Of a DNA stretch of 64,000 bases, positions 63,127 to 64,000 are shown in pieces. The DNA is taken from positions 2,108,001 through 2,172,000 of the forward strand of contig CP089274.1 in NCBI GenBank assembly GCA_023920165.1, read 5' to 3'. The stretch's first letter is position 1. Each line of letters starts with the position of its first letter. A program made the translations under genes and the position numbers. Source of the stretch: Curvularia clavata. Its lineage: Eukaryota. The notes below the pieces were generated by a model. That model made no database searches. It was not told the origin of the DNA and was given only the letters and a program-made list of their open reading frames with translations.

Positions 63127-64000
63127 TGGCGCCCTTTTGTTGATAGCCAACCCCCCCCGCGACAACAGCCGGCGCACGTCTCGGCGTCGTCCTGCGCGAC
63201 CAAACAAGCAGGTGCATAGTCAGGTACGTTGGCCCGACACGTCTCCATGGCACCCTGACTGACTGCGACGTGGTTTTGGCAGGCAGAGAAGCAGAGAGAA
63301 ACAAAATCTCGGTTGCCCGCCCGCTTTGTTCCGCCCTCCAGTCTGGGCTCCCACAGGCACATTCCCTGGTATGCCGTCTCCCGCCGACATGCCCATGCCC
63401 GCAGGCCCTGCTGTGTCTTTTGCCTACCCCCAGTAACGGCGGCCGTGGTGCTGGTGCTGGCACTGCTGGAATACATACCGCACACGTATGTCCTGGCGGC
63501 TGCCGAGCCCAGTGCACACGCAGCGTGCAGCCCTGGCCTGGCACCGGCCTAGGCCTGGTGCTCCACCACCGCCCACCCAGCTCGCCGAACCGCCCTCTCG
63601 CACAGCGCCGGATATTAGACCGCCCGCTGCAGTTGGGCCGGATTGGCTGCCCTCCTGCCATGGCCGCCCGGCCCTGTTGGCATTGGGGAACGCCTGCTTG
63701 TTGGCTGCTGGCGGCTGTTGGCGCTGCTGGCTGCTGGCACCGCACAGTCGACTACCTCGCTCTGCTTTTGCTTCTTCTCCTTCTCCCATGTTCGCTATAA
63801 CACGCCATTCTCTCCTGCTCACCCAGCCTACCCGCCGCCCATTCTCCCTCAAACCCATCTCTCCGGGCCACCATTTCTCCTGTTGCTTGACCACACGCTT
63901 GCCCATGTGCAAGCTCTCCACCGTCGTCGCATTATCCCAGGCCTCGTCCGCTAGCATCCGCTGCCTGCTGATCCTGGTCCAAACTCCCGGCCCGCTTTTC

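Noticed and set aside
62795..63957. Overlapping 100-260 aa ORFs on both strands near the window end
   Set aside because: High GC suppresses stop codons; the translations are low-information Arg/Ala/Pro/Gly/Cys strings without domains or splice support.

Overview
Intron-containing genomic DNA from a filamentous ascomycete, most likely a Dothideomycete/Pleosporales (judged from the CMR1-BRN1 arrangement and the BRN1 sequence). The left end holds part of the DHN-melanin cluster: the C2H2/Zn2Cys6 regulator CMR1 (AMR1), then a 5.1-kb non-coding spacer, then the trihydroxynaphthalene reductase BRN1/THR1. The melanin PKS is not in the window. A compact housekeeping block follows: TSR3, GGA adaptor, a MAPEG protein, MDM35, RRP6, a bacterial-type PARG (TIGR02452/DUF2263), a hypothetical protein, prenylcysteine oxidase, a CYP52-like P450, a secreted cupredoxin, and mitochondrial IF2 with an unexpected CCHC zinc knuckle. 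From about 35 to 43 kb lies an accessory-looking island. It carries a 3-exon gene for a Kex2-type processed 6-Cys micro-peptide that the ORF track misses, a second small secreted Cys-rich protein, a 98-aa orphan and a multiply disrupted intronless ABCB transporter pseudogene. An intact RNA-dependent RNA polymerase sits next to it. Then come ClpP, a probable mitochondrial hypothetical protein, a GNAT acetyltransferase, ECO1, a Pro/Ser-rich protein, a GPI-anchored wall protein and about 7.7 kb with no supportable gene. Exon structures were read by eye from GT/AG and branch-point signals; no database searches were run. I found no tRNA, rRNA, CRISPR array or recognisable transposon.
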